NCBI GenBank assembly: GCA_002811645.1
Contig: PDIP01000023.1
Span: forward strand, 85,439 to 149,438
DNA: 64,000 bases
DNA from: Corallochytrium limacisporum Hawaii
Lineage: Eukaryota; Protista; Pluriformea
Reading direction: 5' to 3'
Position 1 is the stretch's first letter, and each line of letters begins with the position of its first letter. Under the pieces are notes generated by a model. It was not told where the DNA came from and did no database searches. It was given only the letters and a program-made list of their open reading frames with translations. The position numbers and the translations under genes are program-made. Shown here piece by piece: positions 41,207 to 51,400 of this stretch.

Positions 41207-44200
41207 TCAGTGCATCACCAGTCGGCGCCCATAGTCGTCACCCAACCCCTGTCGACCATAACCACCGCCTCCGACCGATCCTGTCGTGGTCGAGTCCATG
41301 AGGGAATCCAAGGAATCGACGCGGACCATACCCCGGGCCCGCGATGGCCCTTCCATGCCTGAATTCGTCGTATTCCGTCTTTGGTGGCCACCGCGGTGCC
41401 CCGCCGGGTGCCGCGCACCACCATAGTTCGACTCCGAACGCTCGTCAAAGACAAAGCCTCCGACCCCTTGCTCACCGGGGCGTGGGGGCCGAGCCGGTGG
41501 TGTCATGCAGCGCGGGTTGCCGTCCTTGGAGCCCTGCGTCTTGCCATAGGTACGGCGCTCCTCCATGCCCGTGAAGGCGACGCTGACTCCAGTGCCAGAT
41601 GCACTCTTTTGCACATTGCCGACAATGACCTGATCAACCGTCTGCTTACCGTCCCGCTCTTGGTGTCGTAAGAGGTAGCTGTCAGCGCGCACGCGTCCGC
41701 TTAAGCGGCCCACAAAGTTACCGACTTTTGGAGCTGATGTTTTTACCAGTCGGGTGCCCGGGTGCTTGGGTGCCGGGTTCATGACCGCATCAATGGACAC
41801 AATATCGTCGGCCTTGTGCTCGACAACCTTTTTGTGGCCCTTGCGGAAGCGTGCGAATATATTCTTTGTTCCCGCAGGTTTCCCTGGAGATCCCCAAGCG
41901 TTGGTCGTACCCGTCTCCGTCTCGGAATCAAAGCGTGTGACACCACCGCCTCTGCCGTCTCGGTCGCCATCAGCTGACGACGGTCGGCCAGCCTGCAGGC
42001 GACGACGACGGCCCTTTTCCTGAGCCAGTTCGCGTTCGAGTGCAGTGAGTTCATGATCGATACCTTCAGCCATGTCAGCAGTCCATGCATCACGCTCGTG
42101 CTGCAGGCGCTCCATCATGACATTGCGAAGATTGTCCAAGTCGGCGTAGCGCTGGTGCTGGAGCATGCGGTACCGTTCGTCCAGGTCTTCCAACTGCTCA
42201 CGCAGGGACAGGTTCTCCCTGTTCTTTTCTCGCAACTCTTGCTTGAGCTGCCTGAATTCTGAAGCACTTACTCCTTGGTTGGATTGGATCTGTTCGAGTT
42301 TCTTCTTTAGCACCGAGTTCTCGTTCTGTGCGTAGCGGGCGTCTGCGTCACTGCGACGGAGTTGCTTGTCCTTCGAGTCCAAGTTGACCCGCAGATCGTT
42401 GCATTGCAGCTCGTATCGCTGTCGCTCCGAACGCAGGTCCTCGATCTCCTGCTCTAGCATGTACTGATTACCACTCAGCTCGTCACGCTCAGAGGTCAGC
42501 TCGCGAACCTTGGAGTAGAGCGAGTCCACCTCGCTCAGTTGGTTCTTTGCGTGGCCCCACTCACGCTCCTTTTGCTGCAGCAGCGACTCGAACCGTGATT
42601 CAGCGATATGCAAAGAATTAAGTCCAGCCTGGAGCTGTGCACTGAGAACAGCTGGGGACGCGCCTGTGCCCGGTGGTGCACAAGTATTGGAGGATGTTAG
42701 GCCAGCAGTGTTCGACGACCCTTGCATGGAGTCGGCATGGTCAGCCGGCGGCTGCTTAAAGGATTGTGGGCTCGACTCCGTGATGTCAGCCATGCTCACC
42801 GCCTGCAGCTGGCGCTTGTCGAGAGGCATGTGATGCTCGCTGGAGAACAATTTAAGCAGAGGAAGTGCGTCCTTGCGGTACTCATCGTTATTGGGCAGGA
42901 CTAGCAAGGAACCGACTGCGCCTTTGCCCGTGGTGAAATTGTGCGCGAACATGGAAGTCAAAACACAATTTTGGACGCCCATGACTGGAACGGGTCCGGC
43001 ACTCTGCCCTTTGGCTGCGGCCATGGCACTCTTGCGCTTGCTCTGGTGCAGAGTGTTGAGGACGGACCCAAGCGTCTGCAGAGTAGCAGCACCCCCGGCC
43101 GCGCCAGAGTATGCACAGCCGAGATCCACAAAGGATAACTGGCCGCAACGGATGAATTTTGAGAACTTCTGGGGCACATCACCACGGTCGTGTGGCACTT
43201 TGGCCACGGTGATGGTGAAGACCAGATGGCTGCTCATTACAGAAGTAGACATCTGGGATGCTGTGCCGGAAGCGGTGCCACTGTTCACGAGAGCTCTGCG
43301 TCCTGCCTTAACCATGCCGAGCTGATAGCATGCCACTGCCTGTGCAGTGTCCCCGACGGGAACGTAGGTGGTGTTGGCGGCATAGGTGATGTCTGAGTTG
43401 TCCTTGGCCAGCCGGGGTGCCGCGGACTTGGACGAACTCTTGCCGCCGGGTACAGGCGCCATCGACGCAGTGGCGGAGCCAAGGTCTTTCAACAGATCGG
43501 TAATTTCCCCGGTCTGCTCGCTAATACTCACCATCGACACAAACACAGATATCATCATATCCGCTTCCAGACCCAGATTTCCGGCGTCGGCCATATCACT
43601 GTCTGGACGGTGCACAAATTCGTCTAGTGCAGCACCACGGATGGCCCTCGCAAGGCTATTTTCGAGGCTCTTGCGGTCCTTCTTGGCCCCACTTTGGCTT
43701 TGTATGCCAAAGATTCGCTTCGCACTCACCACTGCACGACCACCTCCCGTGTTCATTGCACCAATCTTCTCGTTTTGAGGGGGAAGCATGATGAACGGAC
43801 GGAGCATGGCAGTCCTCGAGCCGGCGAACAGAGTGTCAAAGGTGGCAGGAAGAAGACCCAAATGGTCCTCGTCACCCAGCAAAGAATCCATCTTTGCCAC
43901 ACGTCCCACACTGCTCGACGCCGTCACGCCTGACACAAACAGGACGCAGTTTTCACCCTCCAGGGACCGCTTGAGCAGCGGCAGGGCGCTAGTGCGGAAC
44001 AGGTCAACCGGCATCGCCTTCTCTTGGAGTGCCTGGGAGACGCGAAAGACCTGCTCTTCCTCTTGCACCCCAGCCTGCATGCCAGGGGCCGATGATCTGC
44101 GCAGAATGGCTACGTCACAGCAATTGATGTTCATTTGATCTCGTGTTGGCTTGAGACGGCACAAGGGTTGGTACCCTTGGCTTCCTCTCGAGCCACCAAT

Positions 44201-44716
44201 GCCCAGATCCGTGCCCGACTGGCCCGACGGATCGGTGAGACGGACCTGGTAGACCATGCTTGGACCAGCCCCTCGTATCGGCTTCGGGATTTCTCCAATC
44301 ACTGTCGCATTGCTGCCGTGCACTGGACGGTTGGAACCTCCGCCCTGCGCCATCCCCAGACCCGCTGAGGCTGATCCCATACCTACACGCGAACTTGCGC
44401 CAGGTCCGCCACCGATTGTCGAATTCGAATCCATTGATGACCTTTGCATGTGCTGCGACTGCTGACCACCGCCAGCTCCAAAACTCAGTGGTGATGGTCG
44501 GTTGCTACTGGCACCACTGAGCTTGGGCGCAGCAACGGGCGTCGACGGTGACTGTGTAAACGAGAAGCGGCTTTGCTGCTCCCGGGCCCGGACGCCCTGG
44601 CCGACCGGTACATCTACGGAGCCGCTAGTGAGCTGACTGTCGTCTTGCTGTGATTCACCTGAGCTGCTAGGCGGTGGCAGAGGGTGTTGAAATGTCAGGC
44701 TTTTTTTGCGGCCCAT
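41207..44716 (-). CDS. KIF23: Kinesin-6 (MKLP1/KIF23-like) with degenerate motor, coiled coil and Arf6-binding-type tail
   Basis: LEGENCVLFVSGVT, LGLLPATFDTLF, VFVSMV, SHLVFTI, GQLSFVDL, LTSMF kinesin scaffold. Tail VEHK..VMNP..YLLRHQE..GNVQK..GVSVAFT matches the MKLP1 C-terminal domain. Confidence 0.8.
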   Translation of the reverse strand: MGRKKSLTFQHPLPPPSSSGESQQDDSQLTSGSVDVPVGQGVRAREQQSRFSFTQSPSTPVAAPKLSGASSNRPSPLSFGAGGGQQSQHMQRSSMDSNSTIGGGPGASSRVGMGSASAGLGMAQGGGSNRPVHGSNATVIGEIPKPIRGAGPSMVYQVRLTDPSGQSGTDLGIGGSRGSQGYQPLCRLKPTRDQMNINCCDVAILRRSSAPGMQAGVQEEEQVFRVSQALQEKAMPVDLFRTSALPLLKRSLEGENCVLFVSGVTASSSVGRVAKMDSLLGDEDHLGLLPATFDTLFAGSRTAMLRPFIMLPPQNEKIGAMNTGGGRAVVSAKRIFGIQSQSGAKKDRKSLENSLARAIRGAALDEFVHRPDSDMADAGNLGLEADMMISVFVSMVSISEQTGEITDLLKDLGSATASMAPVPGGKSSSKSAAPRLAKDNSDITYAANTTYVPVGDTAQAVACYQLGMVKAGRRALVNSGTASGTASQMSTSVMSSHLVFTITVAKVPHDRGDVPQKFSKFIRCGQLSFVDLGCAYSGAAGGAATLQTLGSVLNTLHQSKRKSAMAAAKGQSAGPVPVMGVQNCVLTSMFAHNFTTGKGAVGSLLVLPNNDEYRKDALPLLKLFSSEHHMPLDKRQLQAVSMADITESSPQSFKQPPADHADSMQGSSNTAGLTSSNTCAPPGTGASPAVLSAQLQAGLNSLHIAESRFESLLQQKEREWGHAKNQLSEVDSLYSKVRELTSERDELSGNQYMLEQEIEDLRSERQRYELQCNDLRVNLDSKDKQLRRSDADARYAQNENSVLKKKLEQIQSNQGVSASEFRQLKQELREKNRENLSLREQLEDLDERYRMLQHQRYADLDNLRNVMMERLQHERDAWTADMAEGIDHELTALERELAQEKGRRRRLQAGRPSSADGDRDGRGGGVTRFDSETETGTTNAWGSPGKPAGTKNIFARFRKGHKKVVEHKADDIVSIDAVMNPAPKHPGTRLVKTSAPKVGNFVGRLSGRVRADSYLLRHQERDGKQTVDQVIVGNVQKSASGTGVSVAFTGMEERRTYGKTQGSKDGNPRCMTPPARPPRPGEQGVGGFVFDERSESNYGGARHPAGHRGGHQRRNTTNSGMEGPSRARGMVRVDSLDSLMDSTTTGSVGGGGYGRQGLGDDYGRRLVMH

Positions 44717-44948
44717 GATTTAAAGTTCTTCTCAGATGGCTGTTTGATGTTGCGAATTCTCCTCAAGTCTGCTCGTATCGGTAACAGATTCGTGCTTTAT
44801 CATATCATTGTTCCCGGAACAATGTGTTGTTTCCTTAGTGTGATTATGTTTTTCTTTACAGTGCTGACTTTTGGATTCGGCACCACTGGAGAGCCGTGCC
44901 AGTGGCGCCCGTTCTTCTACCTTGCTCTCTTCCTTCCAAGATTCTTCT

Positions 44949-44950
<2 letters not shown>

Positions 44951-45032
<82 letters not shown>
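44951..45032. repeat. (AC)41 microsatellite
   Basis: Perfect dinucleotide repeat upstream of the kinesin. Confidence 0.97.
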
Positions 45033-45034
<2 letters not shown>

Positions 45035-45643
45035 ACACGCGCGCGCGCACCCACACCGCTCCGTCAAGGGACAAACGCAGCTTTGTCATTGGAGACCCCA
45101 AGGGAGATCAACACCTGACCGATAAAAGACCCGTAAACTCAGACGGAAGTGACACGAAGCCGTCCCGTCCACCCAGCAGAACCATTGGCTCCAGCATCCG
45201 AACGCGCTCGCAAGGCACCACCGCTCACACACACACACTCACAGACAGGAAGGGTCGGCGAACACTGCGGCGAAATGAGACCCCCGCATCCCCGGCTTCT
45301 GGTTCACTGGGAACCGCGGGGGGATGGGGAGAGGGGGAAGGGGGAAGCGGTTAGTTACTGGTCTTGGGGCCCGGAGGGGGTCTCTCACTGCCCAAAACCA
45401 AAACTCCCTCCCCCTCTATCTTTTTGCCTCAAGGAAATCCTCCAGGCTCCCCCCCCCTCTTCCCTCTCTCTCTGTTTGTGTGCACACGAGCGGCCAGCGG
45501 TGCTAGTGTTTCTTTGTCTACTTCGGGCGGGGTCGCCTGGCAATGGGCGGGAGGGAGATGGGGAGGTTGGGTTGCATTGGGTTTTGGGGGGGGGGGAAGA
45601 GGAGCCAGCAGCAGTAGTAGTCAAAGGGGGATCGGTGCCTTTA

Positions 45644-45646
<3 letters not shown>

Positions 45647-45677
<31 letters not shown>
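45647..45677. repeat. (TC)n microsatellite
   Basis: Directly visible. Confidence 0.9.
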
Positions 45678-45684
<7 letters not shown>

Positions 45685-48340
45685 CGCTCTCCCTTTTGGC
45701 GTGCGGAACGAAAGTTGGCTTAGGTACTGAATTTGTACGTTGAATATTCTTGGATTTTTCGCGGTCGTCTCTTTCGGTTGCCCCCTGAAACCCTTGGCTC
45801 GCCCATAAATGCGCTTGCAGGAAAGTTTTGTTGGGTCTTCAAGAGGGGTTCAGTGAGTACAGGGAAAGCGGGGACCAGGAGAGAGAGAAATTGACTCCCC
45901 CCGGCGGTTCTAAACCCCGGGGCGCCAAAAGGAAAGGGAAAAACAAAGCGACTCGCACACTAAAGACTGACCCCCTCATCGGTAAATTTTACCACGAAAA
46001 CAGACTCCCAAATCCTGGGACCGGCCCTCCGGGGTCTTTCATTGTGGCACTGTTTTCAAATATATACGTATATCTATTAAACCTCTTAAAAATCAATGTT
46101 TTGATTTAATGTATTTCAGCGTGAAATACCACTCTTCAGCCAGCGGTGCAACGGTTCTTCAATCCTTTGCCAAGCACACACTCATCAACCGCATCCCCAC
46201 CAGAAGGGCTGCGAAGAGAAAGGGGGGAGGTTTTCTCCAGAGCTCGAGACCCGTCTCCCAACCGCAACACCCTGGTCTGTTTCGTTGTACGGTTGGACAT
46301 CCACTTGCGTGGCTTCCTCTTTTGTAGCAAAGGGAATAAAGCTTCAGCAAGAAAAAGTCGTTTCGAGCCCCAACGACCGTGATATAATATACCGTTAAGT
46401 ACACTCACTACCGAGACTGAACTGGAAGGGGGTGTATATCAAAGGTCGCGCGTCCACGGAGGTGACGTTACGTTTGGGTATCGCCCGCCGTTGTACAGTA
46501 TTTCAAAAAATTTGGATCGAGTTTTCCAATGTATTTTGATTGATACACTCTCAACTCCACTGGCATTTGACTTGAATTCAATGGAGCGACGCGAGGGGTT
46601 CAACAGCCACTTCATGCAAACTCAATACCGGACCCGTCGGATGGGAGACCCGCCGCCATGACAGCACCCAAATGCACAACCACCGTTCCAAAGGATTCTA
46701 AGGGTTGATGAGCATTGGACATACTAGGAAATTGGGGGGTTGCAAGTAGAGACTTGTCCTGGCAGTCCATTGCAATTGGCATCGTCACCGTCCGATGGTT
46801 GATAGTACCGTGGTCTTAATGGGGACATATCTGAGCAGGTATTCATGGCTGATTCTGTCCTCTGCACTGTCTGCACTGGCGGATGTTGGGAGGGTTAGTG
46901 TTTATCGCATTTGGTTGTTCGAACTGTGCTGGCAATTTTGCCATCGCATTGACCCGATGAGGCGTACAACCATCATATACTGTGACGATGATGATGCCCC
47001 CCGAATACAACGATAGAAGTTCTCTGTTTCGCTTAGGTGTACCCTGGTGAGCCCCCCACCAAGTTCGGAGTTTCACCGGAGAAGCCAGTTGCTGTGTACT
47101 GTGGTGCATCGGCTTGGATGGTGTGGCAGTTCGCTTTCCTGGTCACTCGATTGTGCGAGTTCGTGAGACTATTCGCTTTGCACCTACCGGCAAGGTGATC
47201 TCCCATCACTTCGCATCCCCATCAATTCGCATGATAATGGGGTACCCCCCCTGGAGCTTCTGCAAGATTAGAGCATGCATTTCGCACAACACATTCCTAT
47301 ACGAGTTTCCGTGGGCTAGTAGAGATATGGATTAAGTCTATCAGGCGCAATCATCAAACAGAAACAACAAAACGCAACACCACTTCTAACACAGATGCAA
47401 ACAATAGATGCCAAGCCGGTTTGCAAACTCGGAACCGGGAATGATAAACGATAGTAATGGAGTGTGCACCTTGGGGGCCATGTCAATTGGCTATCTTAGA
47501 ACCACTGCCGGCGTCGACTACCCGGCGTACCCTCTTCATCTTTTGCCGATCTTGCGGACACTGAAACGGCGCAGAGTTTGTCCGCGTTGTTGTGCACGTC
47601 ACATTTGGCAACTTTGACATCCACTGGCCCAATGCGGATCATGGACTGTCCGCTATGCGAGTGACCTTAAAGAGTCTTCCTCGGGGTAATTCCCTCACCG
47701 TCTATATTTTCCTAGTTCTTCCGTTCCATTTATTCGCTATGGTTTCTTGGAACTTTTGAATTCCGGGAATGCAATCCAAGGTGTAAGATCGTATAGCGAG
47801 GACCACATGGACCAAAATAGGTCCACTTCCGTGTCACATTCCGCGGACACGACAGTCGTCCAAAGCATGAGGCTCTAGAAGCGCCATCCCGACAATACAT
47901 GTATTATCCAGCCATCAATCAATCAATCCATTGCACCATCAATACCATCCATGAGTCTATCTGTCCATCCATCCATCATCCTGAAGTGCGTAGCTTCACA
48001 CGTACAGCAGCTCAGATGCACCAAGCATGATGCATGGGCAGGCGAATGTAAGACAAAACCACATGAAGAGCCTGCGAAAACCGAACGCAGCGTGAACGAT
48101 ACGAGATGTTCTGCTCCCCTACCACGGCTGCCATATACGCCATGTTGGTCATGTAGTTGCAAGATGATGGGTTGGGAGATCCGTTGGGAGACACCCTCCC
48201 GTGTAGGCTCATACACGCGGCGCGAAGAGATGGAAGTGAGTTAACAAAGGGAGGGCAGCCCACACCGAACATGCGACAAAAGATGAGAATTTTTCTTCTT
48301 TGTCTGCCCACTTTTGGCTACCCGCTGGCTCAGTCGCTGC

Positions 48341-48343
<3 letters not shown>

Positions 48344-48415
<72 letters not shown>

Positions 48416-48430
48416 GCTCGCTCATCTCTC
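48344..48430. repeat. Compound (TC)n/(CTCACT)n microsatellite
   Basis: Directly visible. Confidence 0.92.
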
Positions 48431-51400
48431 TCTTCCCATCCTTTCATGGCTTCCCACTAAGACTGTTACAAAATCACACACAGTCATCGTTACCCGTGGC
48501 CCATCTGGAAAATTCCCAGGTCTCTCTACAATCGCCATCCCCACGCCGCATCGTGTGGCAACCCGTGTGTCCCGTGTTCCCCGTCACCTCGGATGGCATC
48601 GATGAGATTAGGAAGGAAAAACAACTGGTTTGAAACGAAAATAATGCTGGTTATTCAGTATCGACCACGCCCACCTCTTCCCCCGACTATGGGGATTTTC
48701 CCAAAAGGAGTGCGGCGGCCGCGACCGATCAGGCGCCAGCCGCCCGGCCAGCATCTCCAGGGTCTGCGGCCTTCTCCTCCTTCCCGAAGCATGAGAAAAA
48801 AAATTTCGAGGAAAGTCTTCCCTTTCTTCTCCCACTCTCCCCAGCTCTCTCTCTCGCTCGCTCTCTCTCTGTGTCTCTCTGTGGCCCTGACTTCTGTGTT
48901 CCCTTCCTGGGCTTCTCTCTCTTTCCCAATCCGCGCTCTTTTCAACCGTAACACTGCGGCCCGGCCAATTCCTTAGAGACCCCGCACGCAGCGCCACCAG
49001 AGCTGTCAAAACCAACGAACTACAAGAAAGCATTTCTTATAATCAAACAAACCCATCTCATCTTTAAGCCCCCCTCCACCCCCTGGCTCCCCTGCTAACC
49101 CTAAACGATCGCGAATATTGATCTTTACTTTTGATATTGGGGAATCCCGGGTGGTGGCTATTTTTATACTACACGACTGGGGTCCGACCGTCCCCCTCCT
49201 CCCTGGCTGCGGGGCGGTTGGGCCGGCACAGGAATCCATTGGTGTATCCAAAGATATAGTAAAACACACCCGGAAAAATTGCGAGTTTTGCCCGGTTGCT
49301 CCGTAATTAAACTCCCTTTTTTATTGTTTGCAGCCAGCGAAGAACCACCTGCTTTTCCCGCCAACCCTCACCCCAGCCCAACCAAAAATATACACACTCT
49401 TTGTCTTCCCTACCTCCCCCTTCTTCGGTGAGCTGATATTTTTTGCTATGAAAAAGTCTCGTGATTTTGGAGGTGCGGATTAGCACTTATCACCGGAAGC
49501 GTAGCCGTGGGTCAGCAACCGCGGTCGGCTGGCCCACCGGCGCCCAACCATCGCAAAAAATACAAAGAAAGGATTTCCAAATGGAAACTCCCCCCCCTCC
49601 CACAAAAAAAATTGAAAGGAGGGAGAAAAAGCGGGAGCAAAGAAATTGCGCGGAGAGCACAGGCTTCTAGTTAGTCGGAAAATGACAAGGTCCCCGCGCT
49701 CGCTCTCTCTCTCTCTTTCTTTTATTGTCCCCAGTTTTTTTTTTTGCTTCCACTCTCTCCCGTGAAATGGGGCGGCCGCACTGCAAGCTTTCTTCGTGCC
49801 CTCTTCACCATTTCCCGGCACAAGGGGAAGAGTGTATGGAGACAGAGAGTGAGAGAGTGGGTGTGTGTGGGTTTCTTGATAGGTTAAGTTAGGTATTCTC
49901 TCTGCCCAACCGCCGCCACAGTTGTCTGTTTCTGTAGTGACGAAGAGCAAGTAGTACATGAGATGTAGCGGCGGGACAGTTGATTTTTACTTACTTTTTT
50001 TTTCTCCTTTCACTGTTCAATCGGCCGCCGGATTCAGATGGCGGGCGGTTTTGGTGAGTAGGTAAAACGCATACCGGAGCGCACGGGCCTGCCTGGTCCT
50101 GAGACGGTTTGTCATTTTTTTCTTAATTTCGTCTCTCGATATACACACACACTGAGTTAGAATTCTTGTGTGCCCTCTGTCCCAGTGTTCTTCAAATCAA
50201 CAACATACGCGCGCTTCGTCATGTTCGCTTGAATCGGAGCTCAGGAAGATTTTTCATAGTGAAACAGTACGATAGAATGACGATGGCAGAGCTGATGCTG
50301 TGCTGGCAAAAATTGTGTGACGCTCTCCTTGCATCAAGCGTTCCTCTGTGGCCATGGCGAAGACGGGCCTTCTGCTACCGACGCAAGTTTTCTTTCTGAC
50401 TGTACAGAGCTACACCACATGCACACACGCACTCATAGCCATCGATGCCGCTCGAGATGTCCATCTCTCATTGTTCCTGGGCCCATGTCCCTCAAACGAT
50501 GCCCGAGTAGCCACGAACGCCGCTCGTGTGTTGTGCGGATGTGCCTCTCACTATTGGGATGTGTGCGTGAGTCGGTGTTTGAAGCAAGAGTCCGCATCTG
50601 CTTGCGTAGTGGGTTCCCCGCAGCAAAGAGCTTCAGTTGCATCCTTTTGAAGAATGCGGTGCGATGTCGGGCTGACCTCCTGTCAGGCGCTAGTTTATTT
50701 CTTCCTCCTTTCTACCTTTGGCATGGAAACTGCGTTACGTAATTGGACGTGAGCTACATTAAAAGGGGTTGCGATTGAAGCGCGACCGAGCAGAACTTGC
50801 TCTTGTTCAAGGGTGGCGGGCTCTCGAGGGCGCGGGCCGTTTCCTTTGTGTCCGCACACATACACATATACACACACTGCATCTTCTAGCACTGCAAGCC
50901 ACAGCTCGGGCTTTGTGCGTTTGAGAAATGTTGCTTGCTTGTTTTCTGCTCAGTCATGGAGTTCTCCTTGCACGGTTCTCACACATGACGCACACACACA
51001 CGCTGGCTCCCGCCGGCGTCGGCCACATTAGACTGGCCAGCCAGAATAGCTGGCTGACTCGCTTGGCTCAGCTGAAACCGGCTGGCTTTTTGGTTGGGTT
51101 TCCCCGCAGCGCGGAAGACAGAGCGAGCGCTTAACAGTTGGGTTTCGGTTTGCGGGGTTGCTTCGACTGCCTTGCATACACACAGCATGACGAGCATCAT
51201 GACCTACCCAAGCACCCCCTTGCCTACTTGTCCGGAAGGCCCCGCGAACCCCCCCCCCCGGGGGGTTAAGGGGGAGCCCGGATCGCGCAAAGGGACAGAA
51301 AGGCGTGTCAAACGAAAAATTGCAAGAGTAAATAAATAAAGAGAGACAGAGAGATCTCTCTCGCAAAACAGAGCAAAAAATCTATGTTGCGTCCATGGAA

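Noticed and set aside
23396-44716. Rho, DP, LIM and kinesin-6 as a cytokinesis gene cluster
   Set aside because: Interspersed with unrelated housekeeping genes; proximity is explained by gene density.
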